A stretch of 64,000 nt of DNA from Eledone cirrhosa (GCA_964016885.1 OZ024742.1:321904001-321968000), one strand, 5' to 3'. Counted from the first letter of the stretch, positions 15,340 to 29,304 are shown. The notes: generated by a model not told the origin, from the letters alone. Numbers and translations: made by a program.

Positions 15340-15806
15340 CTTTAGTATTAATGTGAGTGAGTTATAAAGAGAAAGAGTGAGAGTGAAAGAAACAGACAGA
15401 CTAAAAGAGTGGATAGCGGGAGAGAGAGAGAGAGAGGACGCTGGAAGAGGGGAAGGAAAGCTATATGTCTTGCTGTCTGCATTACGATACATATATATAC
15501 ACACACAGACTGATCGCGTCATAATGATGTAATGCAGACAGCCAGACATACAGACAGATATTATAAGAGCGCAACGTTATATCTATGTATCTATCTAAAA
15601 AGAAAGACTAAGAATTATAGAGAGAGATCGCTAAATCGCCTAATGCGGTCCCTAGGGCATTGAAAATTTGAAATAATTTTTGCTCAAAACACACTCACGG
15701 GATCATAAGTATTACATGTGTAAAGTTTGAAAACAATCGGTTGGGTGGTTCTCACGTTTTAGTGATCTGACAGACAGACAGACATTCTCTGTTTTAGATA
15801 TATGGA
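15340..15806 (-). mobile_element. Helitron-like 5' segments (minus strand) starting directly after the CTAG of the neighbouring element
   Basis: Minus strand reads ctag|tccatatatctaaaacagagaatgtctgtctgtc; includes an inverse match to 3236-3350. Confidence 0.55.
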
Positions 15807-16751
15807 CTAGCAGTAAACCACCCGGTGGGCGGTTTTCTGCTAGCAAATCTAGTGTATATACTGATATTGTTGAGATTTGGATGAGAAATGTTTTCGGCAC
15901 CACATGTTCACTGTCTCGCGGTGTGTCTTTTATGCATGTATAAATATATATGTTATCTATACGGTGAAATCTTTGAAATAAATATATGTTAAAACGAAAA
16001 AGGAGAAAATAAATAACTGGCGGTTAGAAAAAAATATTCCTATGAAATTTTAATCATACCATTAGGTGTGAATAAGGAAATATTTTTTTATTGTCAAAAC
16101 AAATGTTCAAAAGTTAAACTTCCAATTTTTTCATGAAATTGAACACTGGACATTGGCTGCTGGAAATGGAAATTAAATCGTATTTAATTGTATTTAAATT
16201 TCTAACCTTATTTTATTATTTATATTTTTTCAATAAGAAATAAAAAAAAATAACAAAAAAAAATTGAAGAAAAAAATTGAACAAATCAGACGTAGGTTAT
16301 GGAACTGCGCAATCTGATTAATAAATTACCTCATGAGCAGCAACCTTCTTCAAATGGTCCTTATTATCAGCAGCAACAACCACAAATTCAATGACAACCT
16401 TCTTCAAACCACAAATTCAATGGAAACCTTCTTCGCATGGTGTCAAGTCAGAACCGCCTCGAACTGGTTACTTCTGGCTTGTGCAAGGTGTCTCTATAGC
16501 AACCAGCGATTCCCTCGGCCTCAGTGACCAAAGTCAGTGGAGAGGGGAAGGTAATGTTTCTATAAAGGAAGGGGAAGGTAATATTTCTGTAGCACGTGTT
16601 TTAGCGTCTATTCACTCTCACTCTCCCTCTCTCCCTCCCGCTATCCCCCTCTTAGTCTGTCTCTTTCTTTCACTCTCACTCTCTCTCTACGCACGTGTTT
16701 CCACTGTCGGACAGACAGACAGAGAAATTGCTGGTTATATATATAAGTAGA
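15807..16751 (-). mobile_element. Non-autonomous Helitron (A|TC...hairpin-CTAG|T)
   Basis: Minus strand starts a|tctacttatatatataaccagc and ends in a hairpin + ctag|t; both ends and internal blocks match 52337-53658 inversely. Confidence 0.8.
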
Positions 16752-16771
16752 TATATATATAATTATATATT

Positions 16772-16911
16772 CGTGTACAGATATTTTTGCATACACAATA
16801 ACAAAATATAAATAAGCGTATTTATTTCACGAGGCTCAATAAGGATAAATATATATCAAATATATAAGAACCCTAGAGCAAATCCCGAGTAACGCCGGGC
16901 CATTCTGCTAG
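16772..16911 (+). mobile_element. Helitron-like 3' end
   Basis: Near-identical to 3665-3803; hairpin + CTAG|T. Confidence 0.7.
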
Positions 16912-17144
16912 TATATATATAATATATATATATATATGTCAAAAACGCTTTCCCGAGTTCAGTCTTTTTCGTCGCTATGGTCACTGCGGCCCTTCTATCG
17001 GTCGCTGCCTTCATTTTGCAAAGCTGTCTAAACGTAATATTATAACTCTAGGGTTATATACCCTATCGAGTGCTTAGCTGTACACCGAGACTGCATTCGT
17101 TAGCTTGGCTGCAACCAGAGATTCGTTGATGCTGTACTAAATTT

Positions 17145-17276
<132 letters not shown>

Positions 17277-17591
17277 TGGGTATTTATATATCCTGCCTAC
17301 GTTAACTGATATCATAGATAGGTATTTTAGTTCGAAGCGATTCGTTTGAGATCTAATCACTGATCAATCTCCTATTAGAGCACACATGTTGTGCATAAAT
17401 TCAGATGGCCGAATGAGTAAGAAGTTTGCTTCGCAAACATAAGGTCCCAGGTTTGTGTCATTTACCGTAGCCCCAGGTTGGCAGTACGAATTAAAAGCAA
17501 CATACTAGCCAGCTAGATAGATAGATTAGTATAGTATAATGTATGGTATTACACCCTGAGTCATTGAACTTTTCAATACCGGTAATGTAAA

Positions 17592-17647
<56 letters not shown>

Positions 17648-17789
17648 GGTAAATATTGATGCAATTCAATTTTAGCACTCAACGTACTTTTTCCACATAG
17701 GAGTGACTGAGTAAATATCGAATAAGGAAAAGCGAAGTAGTTTCAGATGTTCAAGTCCTTTAATAATAATTGTTTCTACTTTTAATAAT

Positions 17790-17978
17790 AATTGTTTCTA
17801 CTTTAGGCACAAGGCCAGCAATTACCCAGTGCATTACTGGTACTTTATTTTATCGACCCCGTAAGGATGAAAGGCAAAGTCAACCTCGGCGGGATTTGAA
17901 CTCAGATCGTAAAGGGACGTAACTATGCTGGAAAGCATGGCGTCCGACCCTCTACTGATACTGCCAATCCACCGCCCT
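17790..17978 (-). mobile_element. tRNA-derived SINE with a MetaSINE-like central domain
   Basis: Inverse of gagttcaaatccc (B box) and gcctttcatccttacggggtcgataaaataaagtacc; several copies in the window. Confidence 0.8.
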
Positions 17979-19099
17979 ACTTTTAATAATAATGCTGTGA
18001 TATATATTTCAGTGACGACACTGGCCACACTGTTCTGTGTGCGAGTGTCGTGTCATCATCAGACAGCTTGTTACATAATAAGGTTATGTTTCCGAGGCAA
18101 TCCAAATTGGATCGACATGGGAACGGATGAATTGCGTGTTTTGGGGTTTTTCATCCGCTCCCTTGTGAGTACCAATTCACCCCCACCGGCCTGCGCAAGC
18201 GCATGTCCGAAGGAAGTTGACCATTAACCACCGCAGATTTCAACGAAATTTGCTTAGTCAGTTCACCCTGTCAGCCAAAACAATGTCCCACCAATGCCTG
18301 TACCATATTTTACTGCTACCCATCACGGCTGTGGCAGTCAGCCGAGAGCCTAAGGGGATGGGAGAGTGTTAGTTTTTACAGGTCATAATACTACCCCTCA
18401 CTAAGCGTTGACGGTACGACTGACCATCACCTTATAAGGGAAAATAAACTTAATTCTAGGTGTCATGGTTTTACGTTGGAAGTTAAGAGTGAGAGTTGGA
18501 AATAAAAATTAAAATCCTAAATCAAATATCAGAAATTATAAATTAAACAATTAAGAAATTAACAATTAGAAATTAAAGAATTAAAAAAAGAATTAAAAAA
18601 TTTCTTTTCAGGTGATAATTCGGATTGAGGTGAGTAAAAATATAGACTGAAGTGAGTAAATAATATGGAGAGAGATGTTTAAGTAATATGTTCTGAGAGG
18701 GATTCTAGTGTCACAGTTACTCTATCCACATATTGAACGACAGTGCCGTACATTATAACTGAGGGCAAACTACAGGGCTCTAGGCATTAGTCAATCTGGT
18801 ACAGTCATAATTTCCATCACAGGGAACAAAATCAAAGAAAAACAGACATAAAGTACACAAAAGAAAAGAACAGAACCAATAGTGAATAAATACAAAAACA
18901 CAGAGTACATATATACAAAATGATCCATATGATTGTCCATCTGTCCATGTATAGATTGAATTGAGGGGGCTTCTGTTCAAATGCAATTTGGTGCAGGAAA
19001 ATAGGGGTTTATCCTATTATTTGTTTTCGCGTATTTATCCTGCCGAAAGTTACTATTATGTCCGTCCAGGACTTGAACATCTGAAACTACTTCGCTTTT

Positions 19100-19167
<68 letters not shown>

Positions 19168-19245
19168 GGTGTGGGATGCTTAAGGCGTCCGTATGCGGTG
19201 GACTGTTTGAGCACTCGATGCTCAAACAGATTCTCCGTTTCTTAT

Positions 19246-19290
<45 letters not shown>

Positions 19291-19420
19291 TCACTATATA
19301 TATATATATATAAGTAAGTATGCATCAGCTGCGCTAGAGCGAGAAATAAAATTCTTATTTTATTTATATATATATATATATTTATATTTATATTTATATT
19401 TATATTTATATTTATATTTG

Positions 19421-19451
<31 letters not shown>

Positions 19452-19825
19452 ACATATACATACACACACACACATATATATATATATAAACACATGCGCG
19501 TGTGGTGGGATGTAGTTATAAATATATCGTATATATATATTATACATGCAATTAAGCATACTACATGCAATTAAGAATACTACACCTAGATTTTGAAACA
19601 GTAGTAGTAAGTGTCCACGTGTCCACTTTATAAAAGATGTCAAGTGCTGGTTACTTAAGATCCGGCACAGTCACCATATAAAATTCCCCGGGTACATGCC
19701 CTCAACGTATCCTCTAGGTGGTCACTAAATCTTATAGAAATAGAAGTTAGATATCTCGTCAAAGGAAACCTTGATGTATTGCAAAAGGATGGACATAATG
19801 GATAATTCTTTTTTATGATTTCATG

Positions 19826-20215
19826 GTTTCAGTCATTAGACTGCGCCCATGCTGGGGTGCTACCTTGGTTTTGTTGATTATATCCACTCCATCACTATAT
19901 TTTTCTAAGTTTGATACTTATCCAATTTTTTTTTTTTTGGGGGGGGGGGGGGGGGGGGCAAACGCTAAGTTACGGGATATAAACAGATAGTAAACATATA
20001 TACACATACACGCGCACACAAACATATACATAAATATATACTAAATTTCCCTCAGAAGATATTGGTCAGCCCCAAGCTATAGCAGAAGATACTTGCCCAA
20101 GGTGCCACGCAGTGGAGGTGATAGTAGAAGACACTCATCCTGTGTGTCAAGCAGTGGAGGTGAACTAGAAACCACATGGTTGTGAACCGAACTCCTGAAC
20201 CACACGTGCCTACAC
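19826..20215 (-). mobile_element. Second SINE family, degenerate
   Basis: tttcagtcattagactgcgcccatgctgggg is shared with 7023, 48513 and (inverted) 51670-51705; tRNA-like head near 20165-20205. Confidence 0.55.
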
Positions 20216-20797
20216 ATGTGTTTATTTTTCTTTTCGTTTACTTTGTTTTTTTTAACTGCTTCATCGGAGTTGGCACCGCTCTGACCCCTTTGTGGGTGGC
20301 TCCTCAACAGAATGGTGGGAGGAAATTATACTCAGACTGGTGACCTGATCCGAATCCCTGTAACAGCGGGGACCTCGATAAATACACCCAAAGGCGATTA
20401 ATCAAGTTTACTTCCAGGAAAAGGAACATTTTCTGCAACAGACTTCCCATCAATCTACGTAACCTTTCAGAGATGGGATGGTATCTGGTGGAGCGACTTT
20501 TATAATATACTAGGGGAGATGGAGCAATGGATGACACTGTGAGATCCCAAGAAAACACTCATAACCCAGTGAGGTAGCTACGACGAAGCGAGGTGAGTAA
20601 AGACGAGGCGAAATTGGTGACTGGTGTGAATGAGACTACCAACACTCTGCAATATGTGTGTAAACAGTAGAGGCATCCCTACCGTATAGTCTTTTACACG
20701 GATAGAAAGGAACACATTAGGTAGAGGAACCTGTTCGAAAAATATATTGCAGTCTCCATACAACGCTGTAAGAAATGACGATGGGCTTAAGCTCCCT

Positions 20798-21321
20798 ATT
20801 TTTAATCCGACACCAATAATTTATGTTTTTAATCCGGCCCTGATCCGAAACTGATACATTATTTTTAATCGGGCACTGATTTTTATCATTTTTAATCCGG
20901 CACTGACCATTATTATTTCTAATCCGGCAGCGATTCATTAATGTTTTTAATCCGGGACTTAAGCTTACTGTTTTTAATCCGGAACTCAAACTTATCATTT
21001 TTAATCCGGGACTAATTCGGAACTGACACTAATCCGGCACTGACACTTCTAATCCATAATGTTTTCAATCCAACACTGAGCATTATTATTTTTAATCCGA
21101 CACTGATCCTTATTATTTTAAATCCGGCATTTATCTTTTTGAATTTTAATCCGGTACTGACCCTCGTTGTTTTTAACCCGGCACTGATCATTAGTGTTTT
21201 TAATCCGACACCAAATTTATTATTTTTAATCCGGCAATGACCCTTATTCTTTTTAATCCGGTACTGACCATTAGTATTTTTAATCCGGCAATAATTCCTA
21301 GTGTTTTTAATCCGGCACTAA
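20798..21321. repeat. Degenerate ~31-bp tandem repeat with core TTTTTAATCCGGCACTGA, about 17 units
   Basis: Core recurs every ~30-32 bp. Confidence 0.85.
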
Positions 21322-21419
21322 TTTGGGGGTAATCTCTACCAGCAATAGGAAGTAAATTAATTTCAATAAATGTCTGTTAAATATTAATTGATTTGTCTAT
21401 CATTATATTGATTTATATA

Positions 21420-21588
21420 GGGTGGTGGATTGGCAGTATCGGTAGAAGGTCGGACAACATGCTTTGTAGCACAGAGTTACGCCCCTTTCTGATCTGAGTT
21501 CAAATCCTGCCGAGGTTAACTTTGCCTTTCATCCTTACGGGGTCGATAAAATAAAGTACCAGTAATGCACTGGAATAATTGCTGGCCT
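21420..21588 (+). mobile_element. tRNA-derived SINE, 3' end truncated
   Basis: ggtggattggcagtatcggtaga..gagttcaaatcc..gcctttcatccttacggggtcg. Confidence 0.8.
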
Positions 21589-21589
21589 A

Positions 21590-21783
21590 TATATCATTAT
21601 ATTGATTTATATATCATTATATTGATTTGTATATCATTATATTGATTTATATATCATTATATTGATTTATATATCATTATATTGATTTGTATATCATTAT
21701 ATTGGTTTATATATCATTGTATTGATTATTATATCATTATATTGATTTATATATCATTATATTGATTTGTATATCATTATATT
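21590..21783. repeat. 20-bp minisatellite ATATCATTATATTGATTTAT, about 10 units
   Basis: Direct reading; further units at ~21398 and 21968-22003. Confidence 0.9.
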
Positions 21784-21968
21784 GGTGGATTGGCAGTATC
21801 GGTAGAGAGTCGGACGCCATGCTTTCCAGCATAGTTACGTCCCTTTACGGTCTGAGTTCAAATCCCGTCGAGGTTAACTTTGCCTTTCATCCTTACGGGG
21901 TCGATAAAATAAAGTACCAGTAATGTACTGGGTAATTGCTGGCCTTGTGCCAAAAGTAGAAACAATTA
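21784..21968 (+). mobile_element. tRNA-derived SINE
   Basis: Same family as 21420 and 52606; ends gccttgtgccaaaagtagaaacaatt. Confidence 0.8.
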
Positions 21969-22204
21969 TATTGGTTTATATATCATTGTATTGATTTGTA
22001 TATTGCGAACCGGGACAAAATGTGATCGATAATGAATAGTACAAGATGCAGGGAATCTTTTAAATTCAATCGATGTTTTCATGAATGAAATAAGCAATAA
22101 ATCGATATGACTAAGAAACTATTGTCGGTCGTATTTTAGGACATGGAGGTTGGATTGTGTTTGTTAAAGCTGAATTTGAGCGGTATTTAACTGATTTTTA
22201 TGTC

Positions 22205-22910
22205 CTACTAGTTCCAAAGTACCATATTTTACACATTATCTCCCCATTGTCGTAGGGGGTCATCCTAGCTCTATACTTCCATACAGTGTGACTGAAGCTC
22301 CTCAATTATATAGTGTTCCACGCTAGCTCCGCAGTGCCATAGTGCGGCACCCTAGCTCTGAAGTGCCGTATTTTTCACCCTATCTCCCCATTGCCGTACT
22401 GTGACATCCTAGTTCCATATTTCTATAATGTGCCACCCTATCTCCGAAGTGCCATAGTGCGGCACCCTAGCATCAAAGTGCCATATTTCCCACACTATCT
22501 CCCCATTGTCATAGGTGTCTGCTAGCTCCATATTTCCATACTGTGTCACTGAAATTCGCACGTCCATGATGTTCCACCTTAGCTCTGCCGTGTCATAGTG
22601 CGGCACCCCAGCTCCGAAGTGCCGTATTTTTCCACCCATCTCCCCATTGCCATACTGTGACATCCTAACCACCCAGTTTCACAGTGTGTCACCCTAGCTC
22701 CGCAATGCCATAATGCGACACCTTATCTTCAAAGTGCCTTAATTTTCCACCCTAGCTCCCCATTGCCATACTGTGTCACCCTAGCTCCATATTTCCATAC
22801 TGTGTCACTCATGCTTCCCAGTGCCATAGTGTGCCACCCTACCTCCCCAATGCCATAGTCCGTTACCTTATCTTCGAAGTGCCGTATTCCTATGTTCCCA
22901 GTGCCATAAT
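22205..22910. repeat. Degenerate composite minisatellite (ccctagctcc/gtgccata/ctccccattg subunits)
   Basis: Recurrent ~20-22 bp subunits; ctccccattg recurs every ~115-145 bp. Confidence 0.7.
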
Positions 22911-23376
22911 AGAATCTTAAGGCGATGATAATGATGATGTTGATGGTGATGATGATGATGATTATGATGACGATGATGATGATGATTATAATGATGATGT
23001 TGTGGATGATGACGAAGATGATGGTGATGATGTTGATGATGATGATGAGCATAGTTTTTACAACAGCCCCCTTCCTCCCTTTCACACACACACACACACA
23101 CACGTGTGTGTGTGTGTGTGTAAGTGTGCGTGTGTATACTCACACAGAACTTTGTGCATAAGATTGAAACGCTGATTTTTTTTTTTTTTTTTTTGCCTTG
23201 GAATTTGTCTGGCGCAGAATATTGAAGTTGGTGAGTTGGTAGAGCGCCTGAGTAATAATGTAATGTTATTCAGTTTCGTATATTTAGGTTGTAAGTTCGC
23301 ATCTCACCCTCGAGGGTTGACTTTCGCTTTTAGTGGCACCATCTCTACCCTGTCTCGTAACTCCTACCGTTATACA

Positions 23377-24057
23377 TCTCATCACTTCTGTCTCTCTTCG
23401 CTACTGTCTCTCATCACCTCTGTCTCTCTTCGCTACTGTCTCTCATCACCTCTGTCTCTCTTCGCTACTGTCTCTCATCACCTCTGTCTCTCTTCGCTAC
23501 TGTCTCTCATCACCTCTGTCTCTCTTCGCTACTGTCTCTCATCACCTCTGTCTCTCTTCGCTACTGTCTCTCATCACTTCTGTCTCTCTTCGCTACTGTC
23601 TCTCATCACCTCTGTCTCTCTTCGCTACTGTCTCTCATCACCTCTGTCTCTCTTCGCTACTGTCTCTCATCACCTCTGTCTCTCTTCGCTACTGTCTCTC
23701 ATCACCTCTGTCTCTCTTCGCTACTGTCTCTCATCACCTCTGTCTCTCTTCGCTACTGTCTCTCATCACCTCTGTCTCTCTTCGCTACTGTCTCTCATCA
23801 CCTCTGTCTCTCTTCGCTACTGTCTCTCATCACCTCTGTCTCTCTTCGCTACTGTCTCTCATCACCTCTGTCTCTCTTCGCTACTGTCTCTCATCACCTC
23901 TGTCTCTCTTCGCTACTGTCTCTCATCACCTCTGTCTCTCTTCGCTACTGTCTCTCATCACCTCTGTCTCTCTTCGCTACTGTCTCTCATCACCTCTGTC
24001 TCTCTTCGCTACTGTCTCTCATCACCTCTGTCTCTCTTCGCTACTGTCTCTCATCAC
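23377..24057. repeat. 32-bp minisatellite CTACTGTCTCTCATCACCTCTGTCTCTCTTCG, about 21 near-perfect units
   Basis: ctactg at 23401, 23433 and onward; only rare C>T variants. Confidence 0.95.
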
Positions 24058-24463
24058 CACGTCCTCTCATTCGGTCTTTCTTCTTTTCCTCAATCTTTGA
24101 ATTATACTCTTTGATCAAGTAATATAACAACCAAAACCATGCCTTGTGTGTGTGTGTAATATATATATGTATGTGTGTGTGCACGTGTATGTGTGTGTGT
24201 GTGTAGATATAGATAGATACGTAGATAAACACACACACATATATATGTATCTATATATGTGTGTGTGCGTGTGTGTGCGAAGATATGGATATAAATAGAT
24301 AGGTAGATAAACACACACATATATATGTGTATACATATATGTATATATGTGCGCGTGTGTGTGTGTGTAGATATAGATATAGATAGATAGGTAGATAAAC
24401 ACATACACATATATATGTATATATATATATGTGTCTGTGTAGAGAGAGAGGGGGGAGGGAGGG

Positions 24464-24530
<67 letters not shown>

Positions 24531-25215
24531 TTTGTATTTGAATGTGTAATTGTGTGTGAATTACGCATGTGTACATCCGTGTGCCTATGTGTACGTATGT
24601 GTGCGTATACGGAAATAGGGCCAGTAAAAATGAAGCCATTTCTTTCATATATAAATAAATCAATTAATTAAACCACATTACCGAGTTTGACATAAATAGA
24701 AAATGACAGATTTTTCTAACAATAAACCATCATTGAAATAAAATCCCGTACTACATCATACTTCACACGGCTTTCATCCGTTTCTACCTACGTATTCATG
24801 GGAGGGAGAGGGGGAGAACAGACAGTGAAAGTGAACACTATTGTACTCGGCTTTAAATAGACGAAAATATATGCAAAGTAACATAACAAAATGGCGTTCT
24901 TTCCCACGCGACATCCGGTTAGAAATTATTGACTAAGCAACCTAAAACAAGAAAGAAAATCAAAACCAGAAGACAAATCTAACTGGAAATATACGTTTCT
25001 TCTCCCAGACCCCTTACCACCACCACCACCACCACCACCACCATCATCATCATCACCAACACCATCATCATCATTATCATCATCATCTTGCCATCACCAC
25101 CACCAACATCACCACCAACACGTTTATGTCTAGTTTTTCTTTATGCCGTCACATAATGACTAAAAGGTTCTCGGTGTTCTTATGTTTAGTAAAGGAGAAC
25201 AATAATAATAATAAT

Positions 25216-25328
25216 AATTGTTTCTACTTTTGGCACAAGGCCAGCAATTATCCCAGGGCATTACTGGTACTTTATTTTATCGACCCCGTAAGGATGAAAG
25301 GCAAGGTTAACCTCGGCGGAATATGAAA
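25216..25328 (-). mobile_element. SINE fragment, same family as 17790
   Basis: cgaccccgtaaggatgaaaggcaaggttaacctcggcgg. Confidence 0.75.
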
Positions 25329-25331
25329 TCA

Positions 25332-25438
25332 GTAGCCACAAGGCTGATAAATGAAATCATTATTATTATTGTAAACCCCCACTGTCCCTGTCTTTGTATT
25401 GTCCCCTACATATCGACCCTTGTGGCTAATAAATGAAA

Positions 25439-25500
<62 letters not shown>
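25332..25500 (+). mobile_element. Two very short Tx1 3'-end remnants with (ATT)n tails
   Basis: cccttgtggctaataaatgaaatc(att)n matches the Tx1 terminus. Confidence 0.65.
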
Positions 25501-25509
25501 GTTGTTATT

Positions 25510-28500
25510 CCTTGAATCTCAGTCATTGATGTTGGTTAACTGGAAAGTCCGTTGGAATGAATATCAAGCCACTACCTGCAGCCTCAGATATTCAGGACGT
25601 ATCGGAGGGTTCTTGCTGTGCCCAGCAAGCATGCCTTTTGAAGCGTTCCAAAAAGCGTGAAGGGGCCGATTTTCTTTAACCATCCCTGGAAACTTTTGGA
25701 GATAGTCCCCAGTGCGCCTATGACAATCGGGATCACTTTGACTTCATGGCAGTTCCAAATCCTTTTCACCTCCCACTTTAGGTCCTGGTATCGGTTAATT
25801 TTCTCCCTCTCCTTCTCTTGCACTCTCGTGTCGAAAGGGCAGGCCACATCCACAATCAGACACGATCTTTTTTCTTTGTCCACAACCACCAGGTCAGGTC
25901 TATTGTGTTCCAGTTTTTTGTCCGTCTGTATCCTAAAATCCCACAACACCTTCACCTGATCGTTCTCCATCACCGCCTCTGGCCTATGCTCATACCATTT
26001 CTCAGAATGTGGTAAATTGTTTACTATGCACATGTGCCAGTGGATCACCCTGCCCATCACATCGTGTCTCCAGGCCTTATAGTGGGTCTGGGCTAGGTGT
26101 TTTCACTCGGACACAATGTGAGCCACAGTCTCCTCTCTCTCTCCACAGATCCTGCACAGTGGGCTAGCCTCCTCCTTGTAAATATGGTGCTTCAACCACT
26201 TCGTTTTGAGGGCCTGCTCCTGCGCAGCCATTAGCATTCCTTCTGTAGCCTTTTTGAGGTCTCCTCTTCTCAACCAGTTCCATGTCTGTGGGTCTCTAAA
26301 TTCAGTTTTCTCAAAGAAGGTACTATGAAGGGATTTTTCCTGAAGGCTGCTCTTTCTCCTTGATGTTATTTCCTCCTTGGACATCCCCTGGCCTACTGTC
26401 CCCTCCTTCAGTACAGTTCTGAGCATTGGCTCCTTACTATAGGTCACGTATTTGTATAGGTTGTTTTTCTCCATCTGAACACAGTCCTCTATGCTGATAA
26501 GACCTCTTCCACCCTCAGATCTCCTTAGGTAGAGTCTATCGACATCACTCCTCTTGTGGAACATGTTGTAGATAGTCAATAGCTTCCTAGTCTTCCTATC
26601 CATTTCTTTTTGTTCAGCAACATTCCATCTCAGAATTCCCGCACTGTACCTAATAATAGACACAGCTCGGGAATTTACTGCGCTTATGGCATTTCTGCTG
26701 TTCAGATGTGACTTCAATACGCTCCTTACTCTCCGAATGTATTCAGCTCTTAACAATTCCTTCATTTTTTTGTTCTTTATGCCATCAGCCTCCAGAACGC
26801 CCAAATACTTGTATCCTTCCTCAGAGTCAATTTCCTTTATCATCTCACCTGTTGGTATCTGGATCCCGTTACTTCTGCTCAACCTACCCCTCTTCATCAC
26901 AATGACTCCACACTTACTAATACCAAATTGCATACATATATCATTGGTGAAAATACGGACAGTGTCAACAAGCACATCCAACTCCTGCGCACTCTTCCCG
27001 AAGAGCTTAAGATCGTCCATGAAGAGGAGGTGATTGATGGTAAGCCCTCTCTTTCCCAACCTGTATCCTGCTCTTACTTTTCGCAGTACACTGGTCAGGG
27101 GCATCAGGGCAAGGACAAACAACAGAGGGGACAGACTATCTCCCTGGAAGATACCTCTCTTGATCTTCACGCTTCCCAAGGATTCTCCAGTTGATGTTAA
27201 CTCTGTCTCCCAGGACTTCATATTTTTGCCCAACAACTGTCTGATGTTATCTGCCACCCTGAAGATCCCCAGGCTTTTGGTGATCCAAGAATGAGGCACC
27301 ATGTCAAATGCCTTTTTGTAGTCTATCCATCCCATGGCAAGACCAGTGTGTCTCCTCTTGCAATTCTTCATTACCATCTTATCAATAAGCAACTGGTCCT
27401 TTGTACCACGTGACTTCTTTCGGCATTCTTTCTGTTCATCCGGTAACAAGTTGTTTGTGTGGAGGTGATGGTAGATTTCCTCAGACATAATGCTTGTCAA
27501 CAGTTTCCACATTACGGACAGACATGTGATAGGTATATAGTTGGTAACATCATTACCCTTGATTCGGTCTTTCATTATCAGAACTGTGGTACCTTTTGTC
27601 AACCACTCTGGTACCTCACCTGACATCAAGCAGTCATTGAACATGGTTGTCAGTTTCAGGTGGAGGGATGTTATATTTTTAATCCAATACCCTTGCACAC
27701 CATCTGGGCCTGGTGATTTCCAGTTGGTTAGTTTTTTGGCCTGCCCCTTAAGAGTTTCAACTGTGATACTCAAATCAGTTTGTTGGTGTGCCTGTTCACT
27801 AATCTCCTTCTGTACTGTCTCAATCCACACTGCCTGGTCATTATGTTTAACACCCTGCTCCCATATTCCTCACCAGAATGTTTTAGTTTGTTCCGCCTCG
27901 GGGATCAAGTCATTGCCTCTTTCTTTCCCTTCAAGCTGTCCAAACAGCATCTTATGGTTGTTGTCGAACATGCGGTTCTGTCTATACTGACTGACTCTGT
28001 TCTCGTATCGCCTGATTTTTGCGCTCTTTGCTACAATGCGTTGCTTCAGTTCCTCTATGATAATATTTAGCTTTTTCCTCCTAGTTTTGTACTTTATTTC
28101 CAGTCTATTTTTAGTGTCTATGTTTTTTAGTGTCCCATTCAGTAGGGACTCAAGCTTTCCAATATCATTTCTCATTTCCCTGATTTGACCACTCAGTCGT
28201 TTCTTCCACCAAGGCTCTGCTCTTTCTTGTCTGTTGTTTCCTCTCGCTTTTATGCCAAGTAATTTCCTCACCGCATTTGCTGTTGCTTTGAGGATATTGT
28301 TGCACTGGTGAAGGCTCCTCGCCTCAATGTATGGGATGACTTTGTTTACCTTAGCTGTTGTTTCTTTTAACTTTTTCCTGTCTACAAATCTTAGGTTCAT
28401 AGGTCTTCCACTATCATTGTTCAATTCATCTACCACTAAGTTTAGGATATCAACCAAATCTTGTCCTAGCCCATCAGCATTCATCTCCTCAGTGGCCGTA

Positions 28501-28972
28501 TCTCTGTTCCAGGTATTATTTATCTCAGCATTCAGGTCATTGTCTGCTTCGGGTGGTTCCTCCGTTATCTCGACCTCTTCACCTTCATTTCCCACTGGCT
28601 CGTTTGCCTGGCACACTCTACTCTTCATTTCCAACCTAATCTCTCTGCTCAGTTCCTCCAGTTCCAGCTCGCTTATCCACCCATTAGTTCTTATTACCCG
28701 AGCCTGCCGGGCCATTTTTTGTTCATCTAATTTAAATAGACCAATCTCGTTCCAGATGTTATGCATCCGTTTCCTATAGCCTTTCTCCTTGGGGTTACTC
28801 TTCAGGTAACATTGTATAACAGATCTATTCAATTCTTTCGTCCAGTTGGTTCTGGTCCCTTTCCTTCTTCTTCTTCCTCCGACACCAGCAATATTTGGTT
28901 GACAGCCAGGTCCCTGCTGCTGAGCCAGGGAGCACCTGCTGGGTGAGAGTCTGTCACATGACAGTCTGTCAC
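25510..28972 (-). mobile_element. R4/Dong-clade non-LTR retrotransposon, near full-length single ORF (RT + CCHC + restriction-like endonuclease) with two in-frame TGA stops
   Basis: ORFs 27870-28832, 26103-27830 and 25584-26060 share one frame; KSPGPDG, IDYKKAFDMVPH, GIFQGDSLSP, LFMDDLKL, CRICG..HIVSE, NRPDLVVVD..IVDVACP; (TAA)n on both sides. Confidence 0.93.
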
Positions 28973-29304
28973 ATTATTATTATTATTATTATTATTGGCG
29001 ACCTACGTAGGAAATCGTATCATCATGAGCTCCGCAAATGTTTGTTGTTTTCGTTTGTTTAAAATTGCCATTTATGGAAAATTTTTGTTATTAACTGTTT
29101 ATAAGGTCACAAAATTTGCTTTCGGAAAAGCACACTCAAAAAGATTGGGGCCTTGAGCCCAAAATTTAAACTTTTATAATTATCAAACAAAATATTTCTT
29201 TGAAAAAATCATGGACGACTCACAGCCACACCTTCCTCACAAACTAACACCTCATACCGACACCACCATTGTAAATATTACTACGTTTGCCAACACTAAA
29301 AATA

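Noticed and set aside
20798-21321. CRISPR-like repeat/spacer pattern
   Set aside because: Linkers are only ~13 nt and related to one another; a degenerate tandem repeat
23377-24057. CRISPR-like 32-bp repeat
   Set aside because: Contiguous units with no spacers, no cas genes, eukaryotic context
26103-26105. TGA at a zinc-finger Cys position read as selenocysteine
   Set aside because: The sister copy has TGT at this codon and different stops elsewhere; simple mutation explains it
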